Source of the DNA: Octopus bimaculoides
Lineage: Eukaryota
Length of the DNA: 34,263 bases
Direction of reading: 5' to 3'
Assembly: GCF_001194135.2 (NCBI RefSeq)
Contig: NC_069005.1
Span: forward strand, 2,318,616-2,352,878
Of this stretch, positions 1-13,715 are shown in pieces. The position numbers and the translations under genes were made by a program. Every line of letters begins with the position of its first letter. The stretch's first letter is position 1. The notes below the pieces were generated by a model. It made no database searches, was not told where the DNA came from, and worked only from the letters and a program-made list of their open reading frames with translations.

Positions 1-480
<480 letters not shown>

Positions 481-538
481 ATAGATGATAAATGTACAGA
501 ATGATCGATGAACATATCAATATAGATATACAAATATA

Positions 539-572
<34 letters not shown>

Positions 573-720
573 CATATACACATACATCTATATACACACA
601 CAAACACGTAAACAATAAAATACACATAGACCGATATACATTTATATGAATAAATAGATGAATATATCCATACACACAGACATGAACACGCATTTAGCGT
701 TATGTACGTGTATGCGGTGA

Positions 721-761
<41 letters not shown>

Positions 762-1287
762 TCAGAACAGAGACATTCCTAATGGGGATTAATCTGCTGG
801 TAAGAATGTTGACGGAATTTGTAGATTGTACTGTGTGTGGAGAATAAGTATGGCGGAGGGGGGAGGGGGGGTCGGCGATGTGTAGAGGAGGAGGAGGAGG
901 AAAGACGGTAGACTATGCATGAGGAAAAGGTGGTCGATCGGCGGTGGGAGTTGTTTTTGCGTCTATGGCAACGAAGTGTCTTGGACTGACATACAGGTGC
1001 TTTGTGGATTATCCTGAAATTCGATTTGGATTAAGAGCTTGCTTTGGTGTGGGAGGTGGGGGTAAGGGGGAAGGAGGGAGGTTTGTGTGGCTGTGGAGGG
1101 TGTTTTATTTAGAGAGAAATTCCCTAGTAATATAATAGAGTGGTTAGAAGATTGGTGCCAGAGATGATGGTGTTGTTGCTGTTGGAGGTGGTGTTGGTGG
1201 GGGTGGAGGAAGAATGAGGTGGAAAAATGAGAAAAAAAGGGGGTCATTTAGAAAAGGAAGTAAGGCCAGAAGAAACAGCCTGAAATC

Positions 1288-1318
<31 letters not shown>

Positions 1319-1327
1319 TTCTTTATT

Positions 1328-1386
1328 TATGCGCCCTTTTGAAGCCTAGCCAGGCTCATGGGCCCGGTTTCCCGGTTTCTATGGCG
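1328..1386 (-). mobile_element. 3' end of SINE family C copy, remainder lost in gap
   Basis: Reverse complement CGCCATAGAAACCGGGAAACCGGGCCCATGAGCCTGGCTAGGCTTCAAAAGGG aligns with the 3' part of the + strand copy at 29833-29886 (CGCCGTGGAAATAGGGAAACCGGCCCCTATGAGCCTGACATGGCTCGAGAAGG). Confidence 0.8.
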
Positions 1387-1862
1387 NNNNNNNNNNNNNN
1401 NNNNNNNNNNNNNNNNNNNNNNNNNNNNNNNNNNNNNNNNNNNNNNNNNNNNNNNNNNNNNNNNNNNNNNNNNNNNNNNNNNNNNNNNNNNNNNNNNNNN
1501 NNNNNNNNNNNNNNNNNNNNNNNNNNNNNNNNNNNNNNNNNNNNNNNNNNNNNNNNNNNNNNNNNNNNNNNNNNNNNNNNNNNNNNNNNNNNNNNNNNNN
1601 NNNNNNNNNNNNNNNNNNNNNNNNNNNNNNNNNNNNNNNNNNNNNNNNNNNNNNNNNNNNNNNNNNNNNNNNNNNNNNNNNNNNNNNNNNNNNNNNNNNN
1701 NNNNNNNNNNNNNNNNNNNNNNNNNNNNNNNNNNNNNNNNNNNNNNNNNNNNNNNNNNGTGGAAGAGAGAGAGAGTGGAAGAGAGAGAGAGAGGAAGAGA
1801 GAGAGAGAGAGGAAGAGAGAGAGAGAGAGGAAGAGAGAGGAAGAGAGAGAGGAAGAGAGAGG

Positions 1863-1901
<39 letters not shown>

Positions 1902-1969
1902 TGAGAGAGAGATAAATAGATAGATAATTAGACAGATAGATAGATAGGGAGAGGCAGAGACAGATTTGG

Positions 1970-2160
1970 AAAGATGTTCGGTGGTCGAACCGTTCCAATT
2001 TCTCAAAGATTCCAAGTACAAGAATCAAAAGCCAGGCCGTCTGTATTCTATACGATACAAAGCTGTCATAAAACCATTAAAAGACTTCAATGTCGACACG
2101 TTAAATATGACTCCACGCCCTGGAGAGCTACACGGCGAACACTCTCGTCTCCATAACCAC
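1970..2160 (+). pseudogene. Degenerate RTE-clade LINE ORF C-terminal remnant
   Basis: RYKAVIKPLKDFNVDTLN (2053-2106) resembles the RTE post-RT motif RYKDxLKxxLKxFNIxxxxW. RW..(PSTRI) lies upstream and WRA downstream in other frames. Confidence 0.4.
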
Positions 2161-2565
2161 CAATCTCTGCTTTCAATTTGCAGCAGACAATCTTACAAGC
2201 AAAACATTGTGGAATTATTTACTATTCTAGATTTTCTTGGCGTATTTCTGGTTTATTATTAATATTATTATTATTATCATTATTATTATCATCATCATTA
2301 TTATTATGTTTCATATTTGTTGTTTTCTTTTTGTTTAGATTTTATTATTGTTTATATCCAACACCACTCCCCTGCATCACTCCGCCGACGCCATTTTCCA
2401 GTCAGTTTTAACCTCCTTTTCCTCGTCAGTCTTTCGTAGACAGACACTGCGACGTTTAACATATATACATACATACATATGTATATATATATATATGCAA
2501 ACGTACAAATATACATACACATATATATTATGTGTGTGTGTGTTTGTGTGTGCGATTGCGTATAA

Positions 2566-2609
<44 letters not shown>

Positions 2610-2625
2610 GCATATNNNNNNNNNN

Positions 2626-2675
<50 letters not shown>

Positions 2676-3094
2676 TCATATATACAAAATATATACATAG
2701 TATAAACATATTCATAAGTACATGCGTGTATAAATATTTGTATTTATAAATGTATATGTGAGCGCATATATATATATGTATGTATATATGTATATATGTT
2801 TCCATGTATGTATTCTCACATATACATTTATAAATACAAATATTTATATACGTGTATGTTTGTGCGTATATACACACATATATGTGTATATACGTGTATG
2901 AGAGTGTCTGTAGGTACACAATTGTAAAACGAAACACGCCAAGTTAAACACCCCTCCCCCCACACACAGTCCCATAAACACCTGCGGGCATATTTAATAT
3001 CCACTTTCAGACTATACAACCTTTGGTGTTGTTATTCTCGTCATAATCATTATTATTAATCATTATTATCATTATTAAAGAAAAATTTACCAGA

Positions 3095-3240
3095 AATATT
3101 AGCGTCTCTGGACAAAATGCATGTCATTAGGATTCAGTTACTTCTCTTCAGGTAGTGAGATCAAACCCCACCGGCGTCGGCCTTCATTTTTAACTGCAGG
3201 AACGATGCAGTAATTACCTTGGTATCTTGCTACATGTCAA
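3095..3240 (+). mobile_element. Highly diverged SINE family A copy
   Basis: TTAGCGTCTCTGGACAAAATGC...GAGATCAAACCCACCGGCGTCGGCCTTCATTT parallels the head of the 10954 copy (TTAGCACGCCGGGCGAAATGC...GAGATCAAATTCAGCCGAGGTCGACTTT). Confidence 0.5.
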
Positions 3241-3365
3241 TTTAATCAATAGTCACCATCATCATCATCATGAACATCTCCGGCCTCACTTTCATCACTA
3301 CTACCACGGGGCCCTTCACCATGTTACCACCGCCATCTCTACCACTGATGCTACTATCACCACAG

Positions 3366-3408
<43 letters not shown>

Positions 3409-3719
3409 GAAAAGTGTATGTATATATACCGGATTTATGAGTATCACGCAAGGCTTGGTTGGAGGCTCACAGTTCCGAGTTCTTTTACAGGGCTCAGAAA
3501 AACTGAGTATTTCTTATTCAAGTTTCTGTCACACTGCAAATCAATTCAGTCACATTTGGTTTCGCTGTACACTCAGAGAACAGTTGTACTCAGAGTGCCA
3601 CTTCAGGAGTTCGCTTAATTTCATCGTTTTATTACTTTCAATGTTGAGAGGGGGGTAGAGAGCATAGGAGACATGGGAAGATGGATAGAAAGACTGCGGT
3701 GAGACACGTTACACAAAGG

Positions 3720-4385
3720 GAAGAGAAATTCATGAGTGAGGAAGAAAGAGGGAGTGAGAGGGAGGGAGGAGAGAGGGTGAAAAAGCAATTGTAGGAGGAG
3801 GGGGTGAGGTATGAGATTGAAAGAGGAGAATCGAAAGGGGGAATGACCTTCTAGATATAGAATTAATCAAGTTTGAGGGACTGAAAGAGAAATAAGGAGG
3901 GAGAGAGAAAGAGAGAGAGACGGATAGGGAGGGAGGGGGAGAGAGAGAGAGAGAGGGGGAGTATGTGTGTGAAAATAATGTTAGAGTATTAAAAAGTATT
4001 AGAAACAATTTAGAAAGAGGGAAAAATCGGAGAAAGAAAAAGAGAGAGAGAATGAAAGAGAGGAAAAGTGAGACTACAGAGAGAGGAGGAAATAAGAGAG
4101 ACTGATAGACAAAGTGAGAGGTAGAGAGAGAGGTAGAGAGAGAGAGAGAGAAAGAGAGAAAGAGAGAGAGAAAGAGAGAGAAAGAGAGAGAGAAAAAAAG
4201 AGGAGGTGAGAATAACTAAAGTTATACAGGCGACAAAGAGGAAGAGAGAGAGAGATGAGGACAGAAAGGAAGTGAGGACTTTGTTGTAGAAAGTCTGATG
4301 AGAAGATGTATGTAAGTAAGTGTTGGTGGTGAGAGAAAAAGGAGAGACGACGAAGGAAAGCGGGGAATGAAGCAGTGACATAAAG

Positions 4386-4422
<37 letters not shown>

Positions 4423-4542
4423 ATGGAGAGAGAGAGAAAGAGAGAGAGAGGGATAGCTGTAGAGTAAGAGAAGACATTGGAAAAGTATAACAGTAATACA
4501 GAGAAGGAAACGTCAGGCGTGCGACTGCGAGAGGGAAGAGAG

Positions 4543-4588
<46 letters not shown>

Positions 4589-4600
4589 AAGAGAGAAGGT
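3720..4600. repeat. Purine-rich (GA)n/(GAAA)n low-complexity tract
   Basis: Near-continuous GA repeats; its minus-strand Leu/Ser ORFs are artefacts. Confidence 0.9.
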
Positions 4601-4721
4601 GTGTAAAAGGAGTGGGTATGATGGCGACACAGAGAGACTATGTCGGCAATTAAATGCAGATTGTGTTTATATCACATAAAACATCGATTGGAAAGGCGAA
4701 GTGTTATCTGAAATTAGTTTA

Positions 4722-4814
4722 GGATGATGATTATGATGGTGATGATGACGATGATGATGACGACGATGATGATGATGATGATGATGAGGGTGATGGTGAT
4801 GACGACGACGACAA

Positions 4815-4846
<32 letters not shown>

Positions 4847-5190
4847 ATGAGAATTATGGTGATGGTGGGGATAATGATGGTGAGGACAACGACGGCGATG
4901 ATGATGATGAAGATGATGATGATGATGATGATGACGCTGATGATGAGGATGCTGGTGATGATGGTATTGATTAGCAAATTGATGATACTGATAATAAGGA
5001 AGACAACGATTCTTGTTGTTGCTGTGAATGTTCTCAAATTATTATTATTATTATTATTATTATTATTGTTATCATCATATTATTGTTGTTGTTGTTGTCA
5101 TCATCATCATGATCTTCAGCATCATCATCATCGCCCTTCTACGACTATCATCATCATTACCATTATTACTATTTTGATGATGATGATGAT
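4722..5190. repeat. Degenerate (GAT)n/(ATT)n/(CAT)n trinucleotide array
   Basis: Direct inspection. Confidence 0.92.
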
Positions 5191-5344
5191 AAAAGTGCCG
5201 TTGATGATATAGCAGTAACATTCACAACAAAAACAACAACAAAAACAACAACAAACAGCCAACCTTAGGCATTAAGAACAGCAAAAAACCAAAAAAAACA
5301 AACCAAATCCGAAAAGAAATTAACTGGCACAATTATAGGCATTA

Positions 5345-6540
5345 TGTGTGTGTGTGTGTGTACATATATATGTGTGTACACACGCATATATATGTATACA
5401 TACACACACACGCGCACACACCCATATATATATATATATATATACATACATACATACATACACACACGCGCACACACCCATATATATATATATATGTATG
5501 TATATATATATATGTGTGTATATACATATGTATATATACACATATGTATATATACATATATGTATATATATATATACATATATGTGTGTATATACATATG
5601 TATATATACACATATGTATATATACATATATGTATATATATATATACATATATGTGTGTATATACATATGTATATATACACANNNNNNNNNNNNNNNNNN
5701 NNNNNNNNNNNNNNNNNNNNNNNNNNNNNNNNNNNNNNNNNNNNNNNNNNNNNNNNNNNNNNNNNNNNNNNNNNNNNNNNNNNNNNNNNNNNNNNNNNNN
5801 NNNNNNNNNNNNNNNNNNNNNNNNNNNNNNNNNNNNNNNNNNNNNNNNNNNNNNNNNNNNNNNNNNNNNNNNNNNNNNNNNNNNNNNNNNNNNNNNNNNN
5901 NNNNNNNNNNNNNNNNNNNNNNNNNNNNNNNNNNNNNNNNNNNNNNNNNNNNNNNNNNNNNNNNNNNNNNNNNNNNNNNNNNNNNNNNNNNNNNNNNNNN
6001 NNNNNNNNNNNNNNNNNNNNNNNNNNNNNNNNNNNNNNNNNNNNNNNNNNNNNNNNNNNNNNNNNNNNNNNNNNNNNNNNNNNNNNNNNNNNNNNNNNNN
6101 NNNNNNNNNNNNNNNNNNNNNNNNNNNNNNNNNNNNNNNNNNNNNNNNNNNNNNNNNNNNNNNNNNNNNNNNNNNNNNNNNNNNNNNNNNNNNNNNNNNN
6201 NNNNNNNNNNNNNNNNNNNNNNNNNNNNNNNNNNNNNNNNNNNNNNNNNNNNNNNNNNNNNNNNNNNNNNNNNNNNNNNNNNNNNNNNNNNNNNNNNNNN
6301 NNNNNNNNNNNNNNNNNNNNNNNNNNNNNNNNNNNNNNNNNNNNNNNNNNNNNNNNNNNNNNNNNNNNATACATATGTATATATATATATACATATGTAT
6401 ATATATATATGTATATATATATATACATATATGTATATATATATATACATATATGTATATATATATATACATATATGTATATATATATATACATATATGT
6501 ATATATATATATATACATATTCACACACATATACATACAT
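5345..6540. repeat. TA/CA compound microsatellite with 70-bp higher-order period, interrupted by a gap
   Basis: TATGTGTGTATATACATATG recurs at 5511, 5581 and 5651. Confidence 0.9.
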
Positions 6541-7466
6541 AAATATGCACAGACATATATATACAGACATATATATATATAAACGTATAGATATGCATAG
6601 GAGAGAAAGTATGAAAAAGAAGGGGGGTTGCATGGGAGTATCGGTGTGTGGAGATGGGGATGGGCAAGGAGGAGGAAGAGGAGTAGGGGGGGGGACGAAA
6701 TAATGAAAGGTAATGGCGCCAAACATTTTGTTGTCAGTATTGTCGTGAAAGAACTCGCTAATAAAAGGCGAGGAATTGGCTTAGATGGTAGAGCTGTCAG
6801 ATTTTTTGGGGAAGATAGGCAATTCGCGTTCAATGCCAGAGATAGAACATTGGAGGGCATTGAGATATTCAGAGTTTTTTTTAATATAAACACACACAAA
6901 AAAGACACACACACACACACACACGTACATATACATATAAATATATATATATATATATATANNNNNNNNNNNNNNNNNNNNNNNNNNNNNNNNNNNNNNN
7001 NNNNNNNNNNNNNNNNNNNNNNNNNNNNNNNNNNNNNNNNNNNNNNNNNNNNNNNNNNNNNNNNNNNNNNNNNNNNNNNNNNNNNNNNNNNNNNNNNNNN
7101 NNNNNNNNNNNNNNNNNNNNNNNNNNNNNNNNNNNNNNNNNNNNNNNNNNNNNNNNNNNNNNNNNNNNNNNNNNNNNNNNNNNNNNNNNNNNNNNNNNNN
7201 NNNNNNNNNNNNNNNNNNNNNNNNNNNNNNNNNNNNNNNNNNNNNNNNNNNNNNNNNNNNNNNNNNNNNNNNNNNNNNNNNNNNNNNNNNNNNNNNNNNN
7301 NNNNNNNNNNNNNNNNNNNNNNNNNNNNNNNNNNNNNNNNNNNNNNNNNNNNNNNNNNNNNNNNNNNNNNNNNNNNNNNNNNNNNNNNNNNNNNNNNNNN
7401 NNNNNNNNNNNNNNNNNNNNNNNNNNNNNNNNNNNNNNNNNNNNNNNNNNNNNNNNNNNNNNNNNN

Positions 7467-7514
<48 letters not shown>

Positions 7515-9059
7515 TCACACATATACATACATTAATCTACCGTAAATGATTAATTACGCAATGAAATTTACATAAACACACATATATATATACATATATA
7601 TACTCCTTTTTAAAATCTATAAATTTGATTGTACCTTGTATATTTATTATCAATATTTTATTATATATATTTTAAAATTTCCATTATGAATAGCTAAATA
7701 CACACTGACACACGCACGCACACGCACGCGCGCATTCTTTATTTGCCAAAAATGGCGTTCTCTCGTTAATCCTGCTGGGCTATCATTGTTATAACAAGCC
7801 TGTACTTATTACATTTCTCATAATTCTTTTCATTTCTAATACACTAAATTATAATGCAATTTTTTTTTCATTCAATTTACAGTTTAGTTCACTTCAACCT
7901 GAGAATTCTCTCTTTGCCAAGCAGGTTTTCTATTCATATATATATATATTTATGCAGGTATGTATGTGTGTAAGTTCTCCTTTCTTACGTTCGTTAGGTG
8001 ATATATGGTATCTTTTCTCCAGCAAACGATTTTTTCCCACAGTTATATATTTAAAGTTAATTATTCAACCTATTATGTATTTTTTTGTGTTCTACGAAAG
8101 TACACGATCTGTAAGTTTAACTCTCCTGTGTTTTACTTACCTCCCTTGTTTTAATAACTGTATTAGCTTATTTCGCTTTTCGTTTAAACTTCGGCGTGAA
8201 AAAAATGCTTTGAATATTTTCATATCTATATTTAACGAAATTATTAAATAACACATACATATATACATACATACATACATACAATATATATATATATATA
8301 TATATGTGCGTAATACAATTTCTAGATATTGTGATACTAATTTGAGTATTTAATCTTTCTGTCTCTCATTCTGTGTCTATCTGTCTATCTATTTACCTAT
8401 GTATCTATCTATCTATCTATCTGTTTACCTATCTAACTATTTATCTATCTATTTCTATAATTGATTGTAGAAAGCTGGCCCCAGGTTGATGCACAAAATT
8501 TCAACGAGCTTTCGATCTTTCAACAAAATGTTCCACATCAACAGAAGAATTGAAAAACGTTGACAACATTTGACAACGATTTTCATCCTTCTGCTGTCCT
8601 TGTTTACACCTGAAGCAGGACATAAATGCATCCTGCTCCTGATGTTGCTGCAGTTGTTGTTGCTGCGGCATTTGATGTCGTTTTTAGCTGTTTATATTGT
8701 TTGTTGTTTTTGTCATTGTTATGGTTGTAGCCATCATTATTGTTGTTGTCATCGTTGTTGCTGTCTGTTGTTGTTGTCAGCGTTGTTTAATCTAAATTGA
8801 ATACTTAACATGGACAATTATCTAAAAAAAGAGACAAAAAATGGAAGATCGCCTTTATTTGTGCCGATGTTGTTGTTTTTGTTGTTCAAAATGTTTTGTT
8901 TTAAATTTTCTCTTTTCTCAAAAAGTAAACGAAAATAAAAATAACTATAAAAGAATAAAACGAACAAAAAGTAATAAAACAGAGACAAAATAGTCATTGA
9001 GAGATAAATATTGTAAATTGAACCTAATAACCATAGCAACAACAACAACAAAACTTCGA

Positions 9060-9214
9060 TGCTGGTGATGATGGCGATGATGATGGTGATGATGATGATA
9101 ATGGTGGTGATGGTGGTGGTAATGATGATGATGATCTTGATGATGGTGATAATGATGATGGTGGTGATGATGGTGATGATGATGATGGTGGTGGTGGTTA
9201 TGATGATGATCTTG

Positions 9215-9246
<32 letters not shown>

Positions 9247-9450
9247 AGTGATTATGATGGTAATGATGATGATGATGATGATGATGATGGTGATGATGTT
9301 GACAGTAATATTCATGGAGATAATAACGATGGAGATGTTGACGAGGGCAATGAAGACGATGGTGATTGTGGTAATAAAGGTGGTGGTAGTGGTGGTAGTA
9401 GTGTTGATAATGAAGATGATGATGATGACGACGACGACGATTTTGTCGTC
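9060..9450. repeat. (GAT/GGT)n trinucleotide array
   Basis: Direct inspection. Confidence 0.92.
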
Positions 9451-9835
9451 GTCATCGTTCTGTCATTCCGCTGTCTTAATCTCTCTTCTTTCGTTAGAAA
9501 GTTCCTCAATCTGTCGCCGGCGGCCAAAATACTAGCAACGGGAGACATGTGACGCCAAACATCTCTCTCTCTCTCTCTATTTTCTAATCTTTTTTATCTC
9601 TATCGCACCCTCATTCCCCGCTCTCTGACTCCCTCTCTCTCTCGTTATAGTTCATTCTCTCCTCATTTTTTACTGCGCTCCCTCTATCAATATAGGTATC
9701 TCCCTCGTTGCACTTCAAACTATCTCCACCCTTCTTTCTCCATCTCTACCCCCCTCTCACACACTCACACACACCATTTCTAATGTTCTTTATCGTTGTC
9801 GCACCCTTATCCAACTCTCGCTCTCCCCATCTCTC

Positions 9836-9886
<51 letters not shown>

Positions 9887-10538
9887 NNNNNNNNNNNNNN
9901 NNATGTATACATGGATATACACACATTTATATATACGTGTATGTGTGCGTGCGTATATGTGTGTGTGTGTGTGTGTGTTAGTGTGTGTGTATGTGTGTGT
10001 CTTTCTGCATGTGTCTATGTAACGGTGTGGCTTTTTATCCGTATATCAATTTTCCGCCATCTGGTGTTTTCAATCTGTCTCATAATATACATAAAGTTTT
10101 ATGTATCAGAATGCGTGTTCTATTTATGTATTGTTTGTCTATATTTGTGTGTATATATATATGTGTTTATATATATATATATATGTATGTGAGTGTGTGT
10201 ATTTATGTATGTTTGCGTGTATGAGAGTGCACGCTGGCGTGTGTGAGTGTGTTTGTGTGTGTGAGTGTGTACAGCTACGACGTAGACAAACCTATATGGC
10301 AAATTTAAAAATTAATGATCAACCTCGATCGATTTTCTAAACTTATTGGAGTCTCATCAGTGGTGATTACATCATTTAACCAGTCCTAAAAGACTAAACA
10401 GTCAATCTGTATATATACACAACAATGGAACTGGAGACACTAGTTTTTATGCTATAAGTACTTAGCACTTTTTTTCATATCAGCATCCTTCCAACGGAGA
10501 CATCAGTTCACACAGTACCAAGGCAAGATTATAATATA

Positions 10539-10950
10539 CAGGTCGTCGTCGACTTACTACTTACCCGATTTACGACCGATCAACTTTACGACGATTGGCG
10601 CGCTTGCTCCCGGTAGCAGTAATAAATAGTCCAGTTGAAATCTAATTGGACGATGTCAACCAACAAACGCTTACCCTAGGTTTGGTTATCAATCGCCACC
10701 GTGGTTCTCCCAAATGTTGGATGAATATCCTGTCGCGGAGGCATCGAGGCAACCTCGTATTTATTTATGAGACGATTGACTGAGACTCCGAAATTTTGAC
10801 TAGCATAATACAGAATGATGAGCGTGACTTTTACCTGAAAATGTCCCTTAAGAGTGTAAAAATATAAAACAAAGCTATGTAGGCCTATAGGCCGACTTGC
10901 GACCAAATCGCCTTACGACCAGTCAGTCGGAACCAATTGTGGTCGTAAGT
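10539..10950. mobile_element. Tigger/pogo-like non-autonomous DNA transposon (MITE) with truncated right TIR
   Basis: Begins TA|CAGGTCGTCGTCGACTTAC and carries several CGACTTACGACC-like subterminal repeats. The inverted GTGGTCGTAAGT at 10939-10950 is cut by a SINE. The CGACTTACGA terminus is typical of Tigger5/MER47-like elements. Confidence 0.7.
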
Positions 10951-10953
10951 ATG

Positions 10954-11168
10954 AAGGCGGCGAGCTGGCAGAATCGTTAGCACGCCGGGCGAAATGCTTA
11001 GCGGTATTTCGTCTGTCGTTACTTTCTGAGATCAAATTCAGCCGAGGTCGACTTTACTGTCATCCTTTCGGGATCGATAAATTAAGCACCAGTTGCGTAC
11101 CGGGGTTGATCTAATCGACTGGCTTCCCTCTCGCAAAATTTCAGGCCTTCTACCTTTAGTATAAAGGA

Positions 11169-11170
<2 letters not shown>
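10954..11170 (+). mobile_element. tRNA-derived SINE family A, near full length
   Basis: Starts AAGGCGGCGAGCTGGCAGAATCGTTAGCA (A-box-like) with GAGATCAAATTC (B-box-like). Collinear with the minus copies at 14203-14415 and 32660-32830; ends in (TA)n. Confidence 0.9.
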
Positions 11171-11199
<29 letters not shown>

Positions 11200-11209
11200 A
11201 ACATGTGTA

Positions 11210-11331
11210 GCCTCTGCCGCAGATAGATCAGCGCCTCACGAGCAACAGCTGCCTTCGAAGAGGACCTGCGACAGCGTCTCGATGCTGTAAGAGAAAGACG
11301 TCACAGAGCAGCCTCCACCTCAATCCAGTAA
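11210..11331 (+). pseudogene. RTE-clade LINE ORF C-terminal remnant
   Basis: With one frameshift it translates to ASAADRSA/SRATAAFEEDLRQRLDAVRERRHRAASTSIQ*, matching the RTE pattern AxDRSxWRxxxxxAxxxFExxRxxxxxxxRxRR. Confidence 0.6.
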
Positions 11332-11564
11332 ACAGGGGACACGGAAGTTTCTTTCTTCCTTTTCTTTCTTTGTAGTGTTGCTAACTTTGTTCCAGGATAT
11401 AATTGAAGGCTTATGCTCTTATATTTGTCCAGTCAATGCAGGCCTGGTACTAAACACCACCAACAACAGAAGGAATCACCTCACCGTAATTATAATTACT
11501 GGTATCTAACAAGTGCGTTAATGAATAATAAACGGTCAGTTAATTCGAATGAAAATAATCCGAT

Positions 11565-11640
11565 GCTCTTATATTTTACCGGTCTCTATAAAAAACCATA
11601 CAATGACTGTCACTGCAGGAATTGAACTCACCACGCAAAA
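11565..11640 (-). mobile_element. Very diverged SINE family A-like remnant
   Basis: CTCTTATATTTTACCGG...GGAATTGAACTCACC parallels GTACTTATTTTATCGAC...GAATTTGAACTCAGA of the other minus copies. Confidence 0.35.
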
Positions 11641-11991
11641 GGATGTGAATGTGTTCACCAACGTATTTAACCTGTCAATCTAATATTTCTTACCAACCAC
11701 CCAACGAAACCCCCACCACCGTTGCCGTATAGAGATATAAATATTCTATACGACAGATACAACCGTATTTCTTGTATGGAAAAATTAAATAAGGAGGGAA
11801 GTGGATGAGCGGGTGGTGTTTCCCCAACGTCACAATTTCGTTAAGTTTTCATTTTGTGTCTGCTATTTTAATAGGAAGCAAACAACACAAACACACACAT
11901 TACGTCTGTTATGTCAATTCATATTTCTCAAATTTATACACACACACATATATACGCATATATATGTATGCATATATATATATATATGCAT

Positions 11992-12048
<57 letters not shown>

Positions 12049-12125
12049 NNNNNNNNNNNNNNNNNNNNNNNNNNNNNNNNNNNNNNNNNNNNNNNNNNNN
12101 NNNNNNNNNNNNNNNNNNNNNNNNN

Positions 12126-12168
<43 letters not shown>

Positions 12169-12602
12169 GTGAAAATGTTATCTACACATATTTCCTTTAA
12201 TATATGATTATATTGTTTAATGAATTTCACAGTTAATAATAAATGCTCATATGATTATTACAACTACTGCTACTACTATTATTATTATTATTATTATTAT
12301 TGTTTTTGTTGCTGTTATTGTTATTTCAATATCGTTCGTTCCCACACACCCCACCACTTCTTTCCGACTGTCGCACATTCTTCACTTCATATTTTTTCCT
12401 AATTCTCCCTTTCTTTCTTTCCGTCCTTCTCTTTCTTCTTCTTCTATTTGTCTTTTCAGTTTCAGGAATTCATCATCTAATGAAGTGTTTTAATATAGAA
12501 GAAACATATTCCTAATTGACTTTACTTCTTACACAGCTCGCCGCCAATTCACAATCAAGTCGCACCGAACATTCGCAATTTTGGTTGCGTTACCTACCTA
12601 CA

Positions 12603-12637
<35 letters not shown>

Positions 12638-12816
12638 GTATGTATATAGGTATGCATAAATTAATGGTTGTAAGGAGGCAGTACAATTGTGTGCGTTGAT
12701 GTGAATGTATGTATTAATGTATACATCTGCGTATATATATATATATATATATATATATACGTATATATATGTGTGTGTATATATATATGTATATATACAT
12801 TTATATACATATATAT

Positions 12817-12857
<41 letters not shown>

Positions 12858-12986
12858 CATATATATATATATATATACATAAATATATACTTATTCATAC
12901 ACANNNNNNNNNNNNNNNNNNNNNNNNNNNNNNNNNNNNNNNNNNNNNNNNNNNNNNNNNNNNNNNNNNNNNNNNNNNNNNNNNNN

Positions 12987-13039
<53 letters not shown>

Positions 13040-13114
13040 TATATGTGTATGTATATGCTGAGAGAAAGAGAGAGTGAGGAACAGATGAAGAGACGGAGAG
13101 AGAGAGAGAATGAT

Positions 13115-13265
13115 GTTTGCGTACCTAAGAAATTTTTTTCCCAACTAGTTGGTCATAGGTTCAGTCTTAGAGCGATGCACTTGGACAAATGTTTCTTACT
13201 ATAGTGCCGGGCTGACCAACAACTGGGAGAGAATTTGGCAGATAGTAACTGTGCGAAAGCCTTTT
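13115..13265 (+). mobile_element. Diverged tRNA-derived SINE family B (CORE-like centre)
   Basis: AAGAAATTTTTTTCCCAAC..GGTTCAGTC..TTGGACAAATGTTTCTTACTATAG..GATAGTAACTGTG..AAGC is collinear with the 24175 copy. Confidence 0.65.
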
Positions 13266-13411
13266 GTGCGTTTGTTTGTGTGTGTCTATGTGTGTGTAAA
13301 TGTGTTGGTTTGTTTACGGCCACATACACTAGTAGATCGATAGATCAAATACAAGGCTTACAAATACATGCAAAGGTTTATCTGTTCGACTGCAACCTTC
13401 GTATCGGTTTG

Positions 13412-13460
<49 letters not shown>

Positions 13461-13506
13461 GAGAAAGAGAGAGATAGAGAGNNNNNNNNNNCTTCGTATC
13501 GGTTTG

Positions 13507-13573
<67 letters not shown>

Positions 13574-13715
13574 CGTTCAATTGGTTAAGAAATTTGCTTC
13601 ATAATCAAGTGATTCATGGTTTGATCCTATTATGGTATTTTATCTTGGACAGATTAAAAATAATTTTTTTACCATAGTTTCAATTTGATGAAAACCATGT
13701 GAAGAATGTTTGATT

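Noticed and set aside
6770-6840. A-box-like TGGCTTAGATGG plus weak B-box, and open frame [20 protein letters not shown]
   Set aside because: Too degenerate to call a tRNA or SINE; no cloverleaf, and the peptide is unrecognised.
8605-8645. CTGAAG followed by an AGCAGGA/TCCTGCT stem, hammerhead-like
   Set aside because: The CUGANGA core is incomplete and no GAAA follows the stem.
9312-9548. Minus ORF MSPVASILAAGDRLRNFLTKEERLRQRNDR...
   Set aside because: Only ~30 complex codons precede repeat-derived Ser/Pro runs; there is no homology clue and no clear splice donor.
13397-13560. Duplicated CTTCGTATCGGTTTGACTCAG-(AG)n on both sides of a 10-N gap
   Set aside because: This is most simply an unmerged contig overlap, i.e. 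an assembly artefact.
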